From positions 298 through 64,297 of the forward strand of contig JBGTIB010000306.1 of NCBI GenBank assembly GCA_041745875.1: a DNA stretch of 64,000 bases, written 5' to 3'. Made by a program: the position numbers and the translations under genes. This stretch comes from Flavobacteriales bacterium. GTDB lineage: Bacteria; Bacteroidota; Bacteroidia; Flavobacteriales_F; PHOS-HE28. Under the pieces are notes generated by a model. The model was not told where the DNA came from. It saw nothing but the letters and a program-made list of their open reading frames with translations, and did not search any database. Shown here piece by piece: positions 1 to 8,430 of this stretch; the first letter of the stretch is position 1; every line of letters starts with the position of its first letter.

Positions 1-139
1 CGGACCGCTCCAGCAGCCTGCGGCGCAGTGCAGCGTGGTTCAACTTCTGGCGGAAGGGGTGAGGGCTCTCGCCCATGCGTAAGGTCTCCGGGCGGGCAAC
101 GGGCAAGGGAACGTTTACAGCAAAGACCACCACAGCATC

Positions 140-601
140 ATGGAAGAACCCATCACCATCATCCCCGAAGCGAACCACGCCCTGCGCGAGGATCTTTTCC
201 GCTTCGCGCAGCAGCAGGAAGTGCAGTTGGCCGAGCGCATCTTGTGGGCGCTGCGGAACAGTCCGGTGGAGTTGTTCATGCACGTAACACGCCAGGTGGG
301 TGCGGAGGGCGAACCACCGATCACCGCCGAGGACCTTGCACTGATGGAACTGGAAGATGGCCGGCCGATACGCATGATCACGGCCAGTACCAAGATCACC
401 ACGGACAACATTTCCGTGGAACTGGAGGAGAGCGGTGTCTACTGCAGGCCATTGCACGCGAAGCAGCTGCTGGACCTGTGCCTGGAACGCGGCATTCTAG
501 GCATCGAATTGGATGGCGGCTTATCGACGGCGGTCCTGATCGGTCCCATTGCCAGGGATAAGCCATTGGGGGTCCATGCGCATCCCGAACCTTCGGCTTG
601 A
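140..601 (+). CDS. hypothetical protein (153 aa)
   Basis: ATG-initiated ORF with GC3-rich codon usage like neighbouring genes; no motif recognised. Confidence 0.4.
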   Translation: MEEPITIIPEANHALREDLFRFAQQQEVQLAERILWALRNSPVELFMHVTRQVGAEGEPPITAEDLALMELEDGRPIRMITASTKITTDNISVELEESGVYCRPLHAKQLLDLCLERGILGIELDGGLSTAVLIGPIARDKPLGVHAHPEPSA

Positions 602-933
602 GGGAAAGGTGGATGATCGTTGTCGGTTGTCCGTCACCGCGAGCGGAGCGAAGCAGGTCGGTTGTCGGTGAGTCGAGGTGGTCCGGTGGTTCGGAGCAAG
701 CCTTAAGTGGCCGGAGGCCAAAAGGCTTTTTGAGGCCAAGGGATCGTCCTATGACGTTTGACGGCTGACCGTTGCTTTGGTCTTGGTGAGCTGATGGTCC
801 GGGCCAAGGGTCTATGGTGGCCGTTGCTTGGTGCCTTGGAATAAGCGGCCTAACAGCCCAGGACCTTTTCGCTCCGCGACCTTGGACCTGTGCCTACAAC
901 CATCACTTTTACCTGGACCAAAGGTGGCCGTTT

Positions 934-1023
934 GAACCTCCGCAGGGTCTCTCGACGCAGGAGGGGACCCAGCGGGACTTGCAAGCGCAGGGTCCCTTGC
1001 AGGAGACCCTGCGCAGGTCTGAA
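934..1023. repeat. REP/MITE-like nested palindrome, long form (diverged copy)
   Basis: gaacctccgcagggtctc...gagaccctgcgcaggtc; same architecture as the copies at 6131, 8168 and 11566; intergenic. Confidence 0.7.
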
Positions 1024-1156
1024 TGCTCCCCATCTGGCCGTAGCGTGGCGCAATACTGAGCGTAGCCTCATGCCTTCACTAAAGCTATGGCAGAGGAACT
1101 GTGACTACCCCCAACTCCCGCGAGACAGTGACTCGTGGTCCCCATATCTGATCGTT

Positions 1157-1194
1157 TAAAACCTCCGCCGGCTCCATTCTTCGGGCCTCTCCGG
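1157..1194. repeat. REP-like element, short form
   Basis: aaaacctccgccggctcc-attcttc-gggcctctccgg resembles the outer arms of the long form. Confidence 0.45.
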
Positions 1195-1206
1195 TATGCG
1201 TGTCCC

Positions 1207-2106
1207 TCAGGTGTCCAAGATCAAGCGATACCCCACCCCGCGGATGTTGGCGATGCGCACGTTGGGGTCGGCCTCCAGCTTCTTGCGCAGTTTGGAGACG
1301 AAGACATCGAGGGTGCGGCCCACGTAGTCGCTGCTGTTGCCCCACACTTCCTTCAGCATCTGCTCGCGCGCCACGGTCTCGTTCACGTTACCGTGCAGCA
1401 GGTGCAGCAGGTCGGCTTCCTTGGCGCTCAGTTCCGTCCGCTGGTCCTGGAAGCTCAGTTCCAGTTTGGCCCTATCGAACAGGAACGCGCCGATGGGCAC
1501 GGCTGTGCCCTTGGGGGCTTCCTCCGGTGGTGCCTTCCGGCGGAACAGCACGAAGGCGATGAGCGCAAGGAGAAGGAGCAGGGCGCCCGCCAAGATCCAC
1601 CCATTGGGTGCTTGGCTGTCCGGGGGCACACTACCCGGAAGTCCTGCCAGCTGTTCCTCGGGTGCCGGGGCATGCAACAGCGTTACCCGCAAGGTGTAGC
1701 ACGCACTGGGCACCGCACGCGAGATGCAGGGCATCATGGTGAGGTTGTCGGCAGCGCGGTGCTCGTAGCTGTGCACCACTTCGCGCGTTCCACAGCGCTC
1801 CACTTCCACCACGTAGTCCGCCGCGAGGCGTGTGGCCGCCATCACACTATCCACCGTGGCGGCCAAGCGCTCTGGGACGAAGCCGAACTCGGTGTCGAAG
1901 GAGATGAGGTAGCTGTCCGCCTCGCGTTGCACCGGTAGCACCAAGGAGCTGCTGTCCCCAAGGGCCAACAGCACCGCGTGGCCCACCATGCGCATGCCCA
2001 CATGCTCGTGCGGCGAAAGTGTTCCGGCCTGTTGCGCACGCAGGGGTGCCAGCAGCGCAACGAGACCGAGAGCCAGCACAAGGTGCCGTGGAAGGGTCGC
2101 GGTCAT
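1207..2106 (-). CDS. membrane-anchored transcriptional regulator with C-terminal OmpR/PhoB-type winged-helix domain
   Basis: Signal-like N-terminus MTATLPRHLVLALGLVALLAPLRAQQ, ~170-aa outer domain, TM segment WILAGALLLLLALIAFVLF. C-terminus LSAKEADLLHLLHGNVNETVAREQMLKEVWG...GRTLDVFVSKLRKKLE...IANIRGVGYRLI matches Trans_reg_C. Start moved to Met13 of the ORF-track ORF (2106). Confidence 0.75.
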   Translation of the reverse strand: MTATLPRHLVLALGLVALLAPLRAQQAGTLSPHEHVGMRMVGHAVLLALGDSSSLVLPVQREADSYLISFDTEFGFVPERLAATVDSVMAATRLAADYVVEVERCGTREVVHSYEHRAADNLTMMPCISRAVPSACYTLRVTLLHAPAPEEQLAGLPGSVPPDSQAPNGWILAGALLLLLALIAFVLFRRKAPPEEAPKGTAVPIGAFLFDRAKLELSFQDQRTELSAKEADLLHLLHGNVNETVAREQMLKEVWGNSSDYVGRTLDVFVSKLRKKLEADPNVRIANIRGVGYRLILDT

Positions 2107-2233
2107 GGCCCGAAGGTACCGGGCTAAGTGCTTGATCCACACTGTTTCACGTTCGGTTTACAGTATTTTACACTACGTAGCACTCCTTGGTGCACGACCG
2201 CCCCACCTTTAGCGTACCAACGCAAAAGCACCC

Positions 2234-2794
2234 ATGATAAGCACCTTGGAAGCCCCCGCACTTGCACTTGTTCTTGCCACCGCATTCCTCTCTGTGGAAT
2301 GCGCTGTGATCGATGCCCCCGCACCCTCAACAGGTCTTCAGGGACCGGTGAGGACCTTCGACCCGCTGAGCCTGCCGAAGGACAGCACGGCACGCGAACC
2401 CTTCCTGGACCCCACAGCCTTGTTCTCCGACCAGGTCTATCTGGTGCGTCCGCTGCACCAGGAGGCCGAAGGTAGCGAGCACAACGCCCGCCACGGCAGG
2501 CAGGCCCGCTTCGTGGGCGGCGAGCAGGCCATGGTGAGCTACTTAAAGACGCAGGTGCTGCAACACATTGCACCGGGCATTGGCTGGTTGAAACCACCGG
2601 TGGTGCATTTCCAAGTGGATGCCATGGGTGCGCCCACCCAGGTGGAATTGGTGATTACCTCGGGCAATGCGGACCTGGATGTGGCGCTGGTGCGGATCTT
2701 CAAGGAGATGCCGCGCTGGGAACCGGCCACCGATGCGGGGGGCCAAGCGGTGGCACAAGCCTTCCAATTCGTTGTTGGTCCGGGCGGATGTTGA
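2234..2794 (+). CDS. TonB C-terminal-domain-like secreted protein
   Basis: C-terminal GNADLDVALVRIFKEMPRWEPATDAGGQAVAQAFQFVV resembles TonB_C; hydrophobic N-terminus; ends in GGC. Confidence 0.6.
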   Translation: MISTLEAPALALVLATAFLSVECAVIDAPAPSTGLQGPVRTFDPLSLPKDSTAREPFLDPTALFSDQVYLVRPLHQEAEGSEHNARHGRQARFVGGEQAMVSYLKTQVLQHIAPGIGWLKPPVVHFQVDAMGAPTQVELVITSGNADLDVALVRIFKEMPRWEPATDAGGQAVAQAFQFVVGPGGC

Positions 2795-2818
2795 ATAGAA
2801 CCTGCTAACACGAACACC

Positions 2819-3628
2819 ATGAGAACGACCATGAACAGCACGACACCGGTTTTAGTGGCACTGCTATCCATCGCCATTGGATGCCAGGGGCAGCCGGGTC
2901 CCGGGCCAGTGGGTGGTAAACCCATGGCCAGCGCGGCCACCGTTCCATTGCACCTGGACCTGAGCACCTACCTGTATGGAACGTACACGGAGATCGCGTA
3001 CGACCTGGACTCCCGCTTCCTGCTAACGGTGACCAAGGAACAGCTGCGCGCGGCGCGGACGATCCACGACATTGTTCCGGGCCATCTGAAGCAGGAGCTG
3101 GTCTCCTATTCCGCGGTGAGTATCCGGACCCTTGAAAACGAGGACCAGACCGACATGGTCGCGGTGGGCAGCGACCACGTGCTGAGTGCGGCGCAACTTG
3201 AGCTCCTGCGGTCCCTGGACTATTCCAGCAATTTCGTGATCCACGCGGAATACACAGAGACGAACCCAGCGAACGGATCGATCGGTCGGTACCTGGCCAC
3301 GCCACACCTTACGATCGTGCCTGAGCAGGAAGCAGTGAACAGCACCGGCAACATGGCGATGATCGCACACGTGAAGAACGGCACCTCGGCGTTCGCTTAC
3401 TCGGTGGATGCCGGTACCCTCCGGCCAGGAAAGATCACCTTCACCGTGAACCAGGAAGGCACGGTCTCGGATGTCCGCATATCGGTAAGCTCCGGCTATC
3501 CCGCGCTGGACCAACGGGTGATCGAACTGGTGCACACCTTGCCCGGGACCTGGAAACCCGCCACCAACGCAGCGGGCGACGCGGTGGAACAGGAATTCGT
3601 GTTCTCTTTCGGCACGGTGGGTTGCTGA
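2819..3628 (+). CDS. TonB C-terminal-domain-like lipoprotein (paralog-like C-terminus)
   Basis: Lipobox-like LLSIAIGC; C-terminal GYPALDQRVIELVHTLPGTWKPATNAAGDAVEQEFVFSF resembles TonB_C; ends in VGC. Confidence 0.6.
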   Translation: MRTTMNSTTPVLVALLSIAIGCQGQPGPGPVGGKPMASAATVPLHLDLSTYLYGTYTEIAYDLDSRFLLTVTKEQLRAARTIHDIVPGHLKQELVSYSAVSIRTLENEDQTDMVAVGSDHVLSAAQLELLRSLDYSSNFVIHAEYTETNPANGSIGRYLATPHLTIVPEQEAVNSTGNMAMIAHVKNGTSAFAYSVDAGTLRPGKITFTVNQEGTVSDVRISVSSGYPALDQRVIELVHTLPGTWKPATNAAGDAVEQEFVFSFGTVGC

Positions 3629-3677
3629 GCGGGAGCAAGGCGGCTTTGCTTGATGGCTCAATACTTCCGCCGGGTCT

Positions 3678-3714
3678 AAACCTCCGCCGGGTCTCCGTCT
3701 TCGGGACCCTGCGG
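3678..3714. repeat. REP-like element, short form
   Basis: aaacctccgccgggtctcc-gtcttc-gggaccctgcgg hairpin, intergenic. Confidence 0.5.
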
Positions 3715-4027
3715 CCAAATCCCCGATTCCAGAGTATCTTACTCTAGTGTCCCCCCCAACGCACCAGCCCCAGCCGCCTCCCCCGTTCTCTGGGGGATTT
3801 GGCCGGGGCTGATCTGCCTGGTGTGTGGGCGTGCTTCGCTTAGGCGGCGGCCATGGCGCGGCAGGGCTCGCTCTTGCTGTAGTTTGTTGTCGGTTGTCAG
3901 GGGGCGTTGGAGGTGCCTTAGATCCATGTTGCGGATGAGCACCCAATTGCATCCTCGCTGCACCGATGGCGCTCACAGCGAACCATTAGAACTTGCCCGG
4001 CTGCAGGCTGTCGGCATTGAAGCGGCT

Positions 4028-4072
4028 CCCAAACCGACGCAGGGGGCCCTTTCAGGAGACCCTGGGAGTTTA
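4028..4072. repeat. REP-like element, short form
   Basis: cccaaaccgacgcagggggcc-ctttca-ggagaccctgggagttt; outer arms of the family without the inner hairpin. Confidence 0.5.
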
Positions 4073-4150
4073 ACTTCGTCCAGGAACAGGATCACGACAG
4101 GCGGCCTGCGGCAAGCGCAGGCCCGTGATACACACTGAACCCACCTCGCG

Positions 4151-4834
4151 ATGGTAAAGAACATACTCCGCAGCCTTACGCCACCCCTGATCTGGAAGGC
4201 GGTGGCAAAGCTTCGGCGCGCTAAGCTTGGTGGCCGTGTTGCCAAGTGGGAACATGGGGTGGAGCAGCCACCGGAGTACTACGACTGGTCGTTCGAGCGG
4301 GGTGGGCATTGGCGTTCGCATTACACGGAGTCCCACTACTATCCGCTTTGGACGGTCGTGGCGGATAGGGTGCTGCGCGCTGGGGCCGAGCGCATACTGG
4401 ACATCGGGTGTGGTCCCGGCCAAGTGGCAAGCCTCCTTTTCGATAAGGGTATCCCCCGGTACTTGGGCTTGGACTTCAGTCCGGCCCGCGTGCAGCAGGC
4501 GCGTACGGTTTGTCCGGGATACCGATTCGAGGTTGCTGACGTTTTCGAGACCGATCTGCTGGACGAATGGGATCACGATTGCGTCCTGGTCATGGAGTTT
4601 CTGGAACACGTGGAGCGCGACCTTGACTTTCTAAGGCGGATCAAGCCTGGCACGAGAGTGATAGCAACGGTCCCTAATTTCTCAAGTACCGGCCATGTCA
4701 GGTACTTCGATAGCGTGGAAAGTGTGAAGGAAAGGTATGCAGCGTGCTTTGCGTCGCTGGATGTGAAAGTCCACTTGGGCAACGCAAAAGGCACAAAATA
4801 TTACCTGATGGAGGGCCTTGTGGGTACGCACTAG
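4151..4834 (+). CDS. class I SAM-dependent methyltransferase
   Basis: Motif I ILDIGCGPGQVASLL, later VLVMEFLEHV (post-II/III region). Confidence 0.75.
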   Translation: MVKNILRSLTPPLIWKAVAKLRRAKLGGRVAKWEHGVEQPPEYYDWSFERGGHWRSHYTESHYYPLWTVVADRVLRAGAERILDIGCGPGQVASLLFDKGIPRYLGLDFSPARVQQARTVCPGYRFEVADVFETDLLDEWDHDCVLVMEFLEHVERDLDFLRRIKPGTRVIATVPNFSSTGHVRYFDSVESVKERYAACFASLDVKVHLGNAKGTKYYLMEGLVGTH

Positions 4835-5106
4835 AGATCCCCACTCCCGCGGATCTACGATCCGTGGTCACTCCCACCCAGCCCCCTAATTTCACCACCC
4901 GCCCCAAGCTTAGCGCGACCCCATGCCCCGCTTCCGATCCCCATCCCCAACACCTACCTGAACCATCACGATAGCACCCACCTGGCCCGTATCGCATCCC
5001 TGGTGGTTCGGTAAGGCACGGACCTTCGCCCCCACCCGACCAGGCAAGGGCGCCAGCGGGTGGGCTACTGACCAGGACCTTCGGCAAACAAGCCGGTGGC
5101 ACGTAG

Positions 5107-5661
5107 TTGAAATACATGGAACAGCTGGAACACATCCTGGGCAATGACCCGGGCGCCAGAACGAAGCACTATCCGAAAGGTGCCGTCATCCAGCATCCCG
5201 GCAGTTCCAATGCACAGAGGTACTATGTGCGAAAAGGCATCCTGAGAAGCTACATCATAGACAGCAAGGGGAAGGAGCACATTTTCAGCTTCGCCTGTGA
5301 AGGTTGGATCATTGCCGATGTGGAAGCGCTGGAGTTCGGCAAACCCGCGGAATTGTACATCGACTGTATCGAGGACGCGGAGGTGATCCTGTTCGACAAG
5401 GAGATCGGCGCATTCCAAAAGCTCACCAAGGAAGAGGTGGTGGACTATACCCACCTGCTCTACCGCCGAATGGGCATTCTGCAGCGGCGGGTATTGATGC
5501 TGCTGAGCGCCCCGGCAGCGGATCGGTACGACTACTTCCTGAAGACCTACCCCGAACTGCCCGACCGCATCCCCCAGCGCATGATCGCGGCATTCCTGGG
5601 TATCACGCCACAAGCCCTCAGCACCATCCGGTCTAAGCGCTTCGCCACGCCACGGAAGTGA
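5107..5661 (+). CDS. Crp/Fnr family transcriptional regulator
   Basis: cNMP-binding-like N-terminus (YYVRKGILRSYIIDSKGKEHIFSFACEGWII) and C-terminal HTH (IPQRMIAAFLGITPQALSTIR). Confidence 0.75.
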   Translation: MKYMEQLEHILGNDPGARTKHYPKGAVIQHPGSSNAQRYYVRKGILRSYIIDSKGKEHIFSFACEGWIIADVEALEFGKPAELYIDCIEDAEVILFDKEIGAFQKLTKEEVVDYTHLLYRRMGILQRRVLMLLSAPAADRYDYFLKTYPELPDRIPQRMIAAFLGITPQALSTIRSKRFATPRK

Positions 5662-5672
5662 TCTGTTCATCT

Positions 5673-6085
5673 GCCATTGGTGTCCGGGGAAATGTGGTAC
5701 AACACCGGCTGCGACCCCTCCGGGGTCGAAACTCTGTCATCACATCCCATTCAACATGCTGTGACCCCTCCGGGGTCAGTCCGGTATCAACGTGGGTTAT
5801 GACCCCGAAGGGGTTACAGCATATAGCTCCGTCATCCATCCCATTCAACAAGCTGTGACCCCTCCGGGGTCAGTCCAGTATCAACGTGGGTTATGACCCC
5901 GAAGGGGTCACAGCATATAGCCCGAAGGGCGTTGACGGCGATCGTGCATTTTCGACCCCGGCGGGGTCGCAGCCGGTATTCACGTCGGCATATCAGAAGC
6001 AAGCCCCCTGGTAGATGATCCCTTCAATTTGCGCTGACGGACGGGCCGTTCCGGCTATCTCCAAATTTTCCCCGGACACCAATGG
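5673..6085. mobile_element. non-autonomous MITE-like element (about 412 bp)
   Basis: Perfect 19-bp terminal inverted repeats ccattggtgtccggggaaa (5674-5692) / tttccccggacaccaatgg (6067-6085). Flanking direct repeat TTCATCT (5666-5672 and 6086-6092). An uninterrupted TTCATCT site lies in the paralogous sequence at 6291-6297. No ORF; the interior is a hairpin array. Confidence 0.75.
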
Positions 6086-6130
6086 TTCATCTACATGAAT
6101 GCATGGCAAAACGCATGTGCTGAACTTCCA

Positions 6131-6234
6131 CCCAAACCTGCGCAGGGTCTCCCGACGCAGGAGGGGACCCTGCGGTACGATCGGCTTACCGCAGGGTCCT
6201 CTGCGAGAGACCCTGCGGAGGTTTGGAGGTTTGG
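6131..6234. repeat. REP/MITE-like nested palindrome, long form
   Basis: cccaaacctgcgcagggtctcccgacgcaggaggggaccctgcggtacg...accgcagggtcctctgcgagagaccctgcggaggtttgg. Confidence 0.8.
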
Positions 6235-6354
6235 ACGCCACAAGCCCTCAGCACCATCCGGTCCAAACGCCTCGCCACGGAAGTGAAGCGTTCATCTACA
6301 TGAATGCATGGCAACAGGCAAGTGCTGAGCTTTGACCTCTTGATCCCAGCACCC

Positions 6355-6573
6355 ATGAAGAAGGACTATACCAACGGCGAGATCACCATTACATGGCAAC
6401 CCGAGCTTTGCCAGCACGCAGGGGTTTGTGTAAGGACCCTTCCACAGGTGTACAAGCCCGGGTCCTCCCCCTGGATAAGCATGGAAAATGCTTCCACGGA
6501 AGAGTTGAAGGAGCAGGTCAATAGGTGCCCGTCGGGGGCTTTGCGTTTTACAGAGACCCTACAGGACCAATGA
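6355..6573 (+). CDS. small (4Fe-4S)-binding-like protein (divergent mono-cluster type)
   Basis: MKKDYTNGEITITWQPELCQHAGVCV...RCPSGALRF; start moved to the internal ATG at 6355; stop overlaps the next start (ATGA at 6570-6573). Confidence 0.6.
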   Translation: MKKDYTNGEITITWQPELCQHAGVCVRTLPQVYKPGSSPWISMENASTEELKEQVNRCPSGALRFTETLQDQ

Positions 6574-8081
6574 GCACGCCGAGAATAGCCGACAGGAAGC
6601 CCATGAAGGTGGCCTTGGAAAAAGGCGAAGAGCGCTTCTGGTGCGCCTGCGGAACAAGCAAGACCCAGCCATTCTGCGATGGCTCCCATAGGACCACGGA
6701 CATCACCCCCAAGGCTTTTGTGGCCGAGGAGTCCGGCGATGCCTACCTGTGCATGTGCAAGCACAGCAAAAATGCCCCGTACTGCGATGGCACGCATGCC
6801 AAGCTGGGGCAGGCCCAGGAAAGCGGCGAAGCACCAGCGCCATCAGGCAACGGCAGCACCAAGGAGGAGCCCACGCTGGCGTACATCAAGGCATTGGCCA
6901 GGGATGGCCTGTCGAAGACGGGGCATCACGGGGAAATGGGTGCCATGGGCGTGCCCGGTCCGGAGCTTCCCCAGTGGAAGGACATACAGATCCTGACCGC
7001 TCAGTTGGCCAGCAAACCCCTGATGGAGGATGTGCCCGTGGGTACGGGCTTGATCATCGGCCCCAATGCCAGAAAGCCCTTGGAACTGAAGATCCCCTTG
7101 TTCGTGTCCGATATGAGTTTCGGGGCGCTGTCCGAGGAGGCCAAGATCGCCTTGGCCAAGGGAGCTGAAATGGCAGGCACCGGAATTTGTTCGGGTGAAG
7201 GGGGCATGCTGGACGAAGAGCAACAGGCCAATACCAAGTACTTCTACGAATACGCTTCAGCCAAATTCGGATTCGATTGGGACAAGTTGAAGCGGGTGCA
7301 AGCCTTTCATTTCAAAGGAGGACAAGGTGCCAAGACGGGCACTGGTGGCCACCTCTCCGGAAGCAAGGTGACCGGCAAGATCGCCCAGGTGCGCAACCTG
7401 CCCGAAGGCACCCCCGCCGTTTCGCCACCCACCTTCGACGACCTGCATACAGCGAACGACTTCAAGGCCTTTGCCGACAAGGTCAGGGAGATCACCGGGG
7501 GCATACCCATCGGGTTCAAGCTATCCGCCAATCACATTGAACAGGACATCCTGTTCGCCTTGGATGCCAGTGCGGATTACATCATCCTGGATGGCCGGGG
7601 TGGTGGTACAGGTGCGGCGCCGCTCATTTTCCGGAACAACATCTCCGTGCCTACCATCCCTGCATTGGCCAGGGCAAGACAGTATTTGGATAAGGTGGGA
7701 AGAAAGGATGTGACCCTCATCATCACGGGTGGCATCCGTGTGCCGGACGATTTCATCAAAGCCATGGCACTGGGTGCGGATGGCATTGCCCTTTCGAACT
7801 CGGCATTGCAGTCCATTGGTTGTGTGGCCGCCAGAATGTGCAACACGAACAACTGCCCGGCCGGCATTGCGACCCAGAAGCCTGCCTTGCGGAAGTTGTT
7901 GAACGTCGATCGTTCTGCGCAGCAGCTGTTCAATTTCTTTTCGGCCTCCACCACGTTGATGAGCGTGATGGCACGTGCCTGCGGGCACGAACACCTGGAC
8001 CAGTTCAATACCCACGACCTGACCACTTGGAAGAAGGACATGGCGGAACTTACCGGGATCAGGTTCGCGGGGGTGCATTGA
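6570..8081 (+). CDS. CDGSH iron-sulfur domain fused to glutamate-synthase-like FMN-binding domain protein
   Basis: Two CDGSH motifs (CACGTSKTQPFCDGSH; CMCKHSKNAPYCDGTH). These are followed by a GltS domain-2-like region (FVSDMSFGALS, GEGG, FKGGQGAKTGTGGHL, ILDGRGGGTGAAP, GGIR..DD..KA.ALGAD, CNTNNCPAGIATQ). Confidence 0.8.
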   Translation: MSTPRIADRKPMKVALEKGEERFWCACGTSKTQPFCDGSHRTTDITPKAFVAEESGDAYLCMCKHSKNAPYCDGTHAKLGQAQESGEAPAPSGNGSTKEEPTLAYIKALARDGLSKTGHHGEMGAMGVPGPELPQWKDIQILTAQLASKPLMEDVPVGTGLIIGPNARKPLELKIPLFVSDMSFGALSEEAKIALAKGAEMAGTGICSGEGGMLDEEQQANTKYFYEYASAKFGFDWDKLKRVQAFHFKGGQGAKTGTGGHLSGSKVTGKIAQVRNLPEGTPAVSPPTFDDLHTANDFKAFADKVREITGGIPIGFKLSANHIEQDILFALDASADYIILDGRGGGTGAAPLIFRNNISVPTIPALARARQYLDKVGRKDVTLIITGGIRVPDDFIKAMALGADGIALSNSALQSIGCVAARMCNTNNCPAGIATQKPALRKLLNVDRSAQQLFNFFSASTTLMSVMARACGHEHLDQFNTHDLTTWKKDMAELTGIRFAGVH

Positions 8082-8167
8082 ACGTACCGGCCGGTTCTTG
8101 AACCTGCGCAGGTTGCGATGGCCTTACAACCCCACGAAGCGCTCCACACGCAGTGCCAGGGCTTGCG

Positions 8168-8267
8168 CCCCAAACCTCCGCAGGGTCTCCCGACGCAGGA
8201 GGGGACCCTGCGGTACGATCGCGCATACCGCAGGGTCCTCTGCGAGAGACCCTGCGGAGGTTTGGGG
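8168..8267. repeat. REP/MITE-like nested palindrome, long form
   Basis: Near-identical to the 6131 and 11566 copies. Confidence 0.8.
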
Positions 8268-8270
8268 AAG

Positions 8271-8411
8271 TGCACTGGTCCAGTTGCCGGTGCCGCAACT
8301 CACATCCAGCACATGCGCGTCCTTGGATAACGCCGGCAATGCTTCCAGCCAATCGCAGAGGTATGGATCGACGCTGCGGGTCGTGTTGTAGTGGTTCCGA
8401 TGCGGTGGTAA
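8271..8411 (-). pseudogene. SAM-dependent methyltransferase fragment (N-terminal ~45 aa) abutting a REP-like element
   Basis: Minus-strand reading gives ...HYNTTRSVDPYLCDWLEALPALSKDAHVLDVSCGTGNWTSAL (motif I) and then runs directly into element sequence. No plausible start codon and no methyltransferase core. Confidence 0.5.
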
Positions 8412-8430
8412 GTTGTCGTTGGCAGAAGGG

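Noticed and set aside
1-76. Possible minus-strand gene start (MGESPHPFRQKLNHAALRRRLLERS...) running off the left edge
   Set aside because: Only 25 codons are visible and there is no motif. This is insufficient to call a gene.
3023-3976. 317-aa minus-strand ORF spanning the second TonB-C-like gene and the following intergenic region
   Set aside because: It overlaps a better-supported plus-strand gene, runs through REP-like repeats, and has Arg/Pro/Gly-rich composition.
8124-8339. 71-aa minus-strand ORF as a functional small gene
   Set aside because: Its N-terminal part is a methyltransferase motif-I relic and the remainder is a translated REP-like element. It is a chimera, reported instead as a pseudogene fragment.
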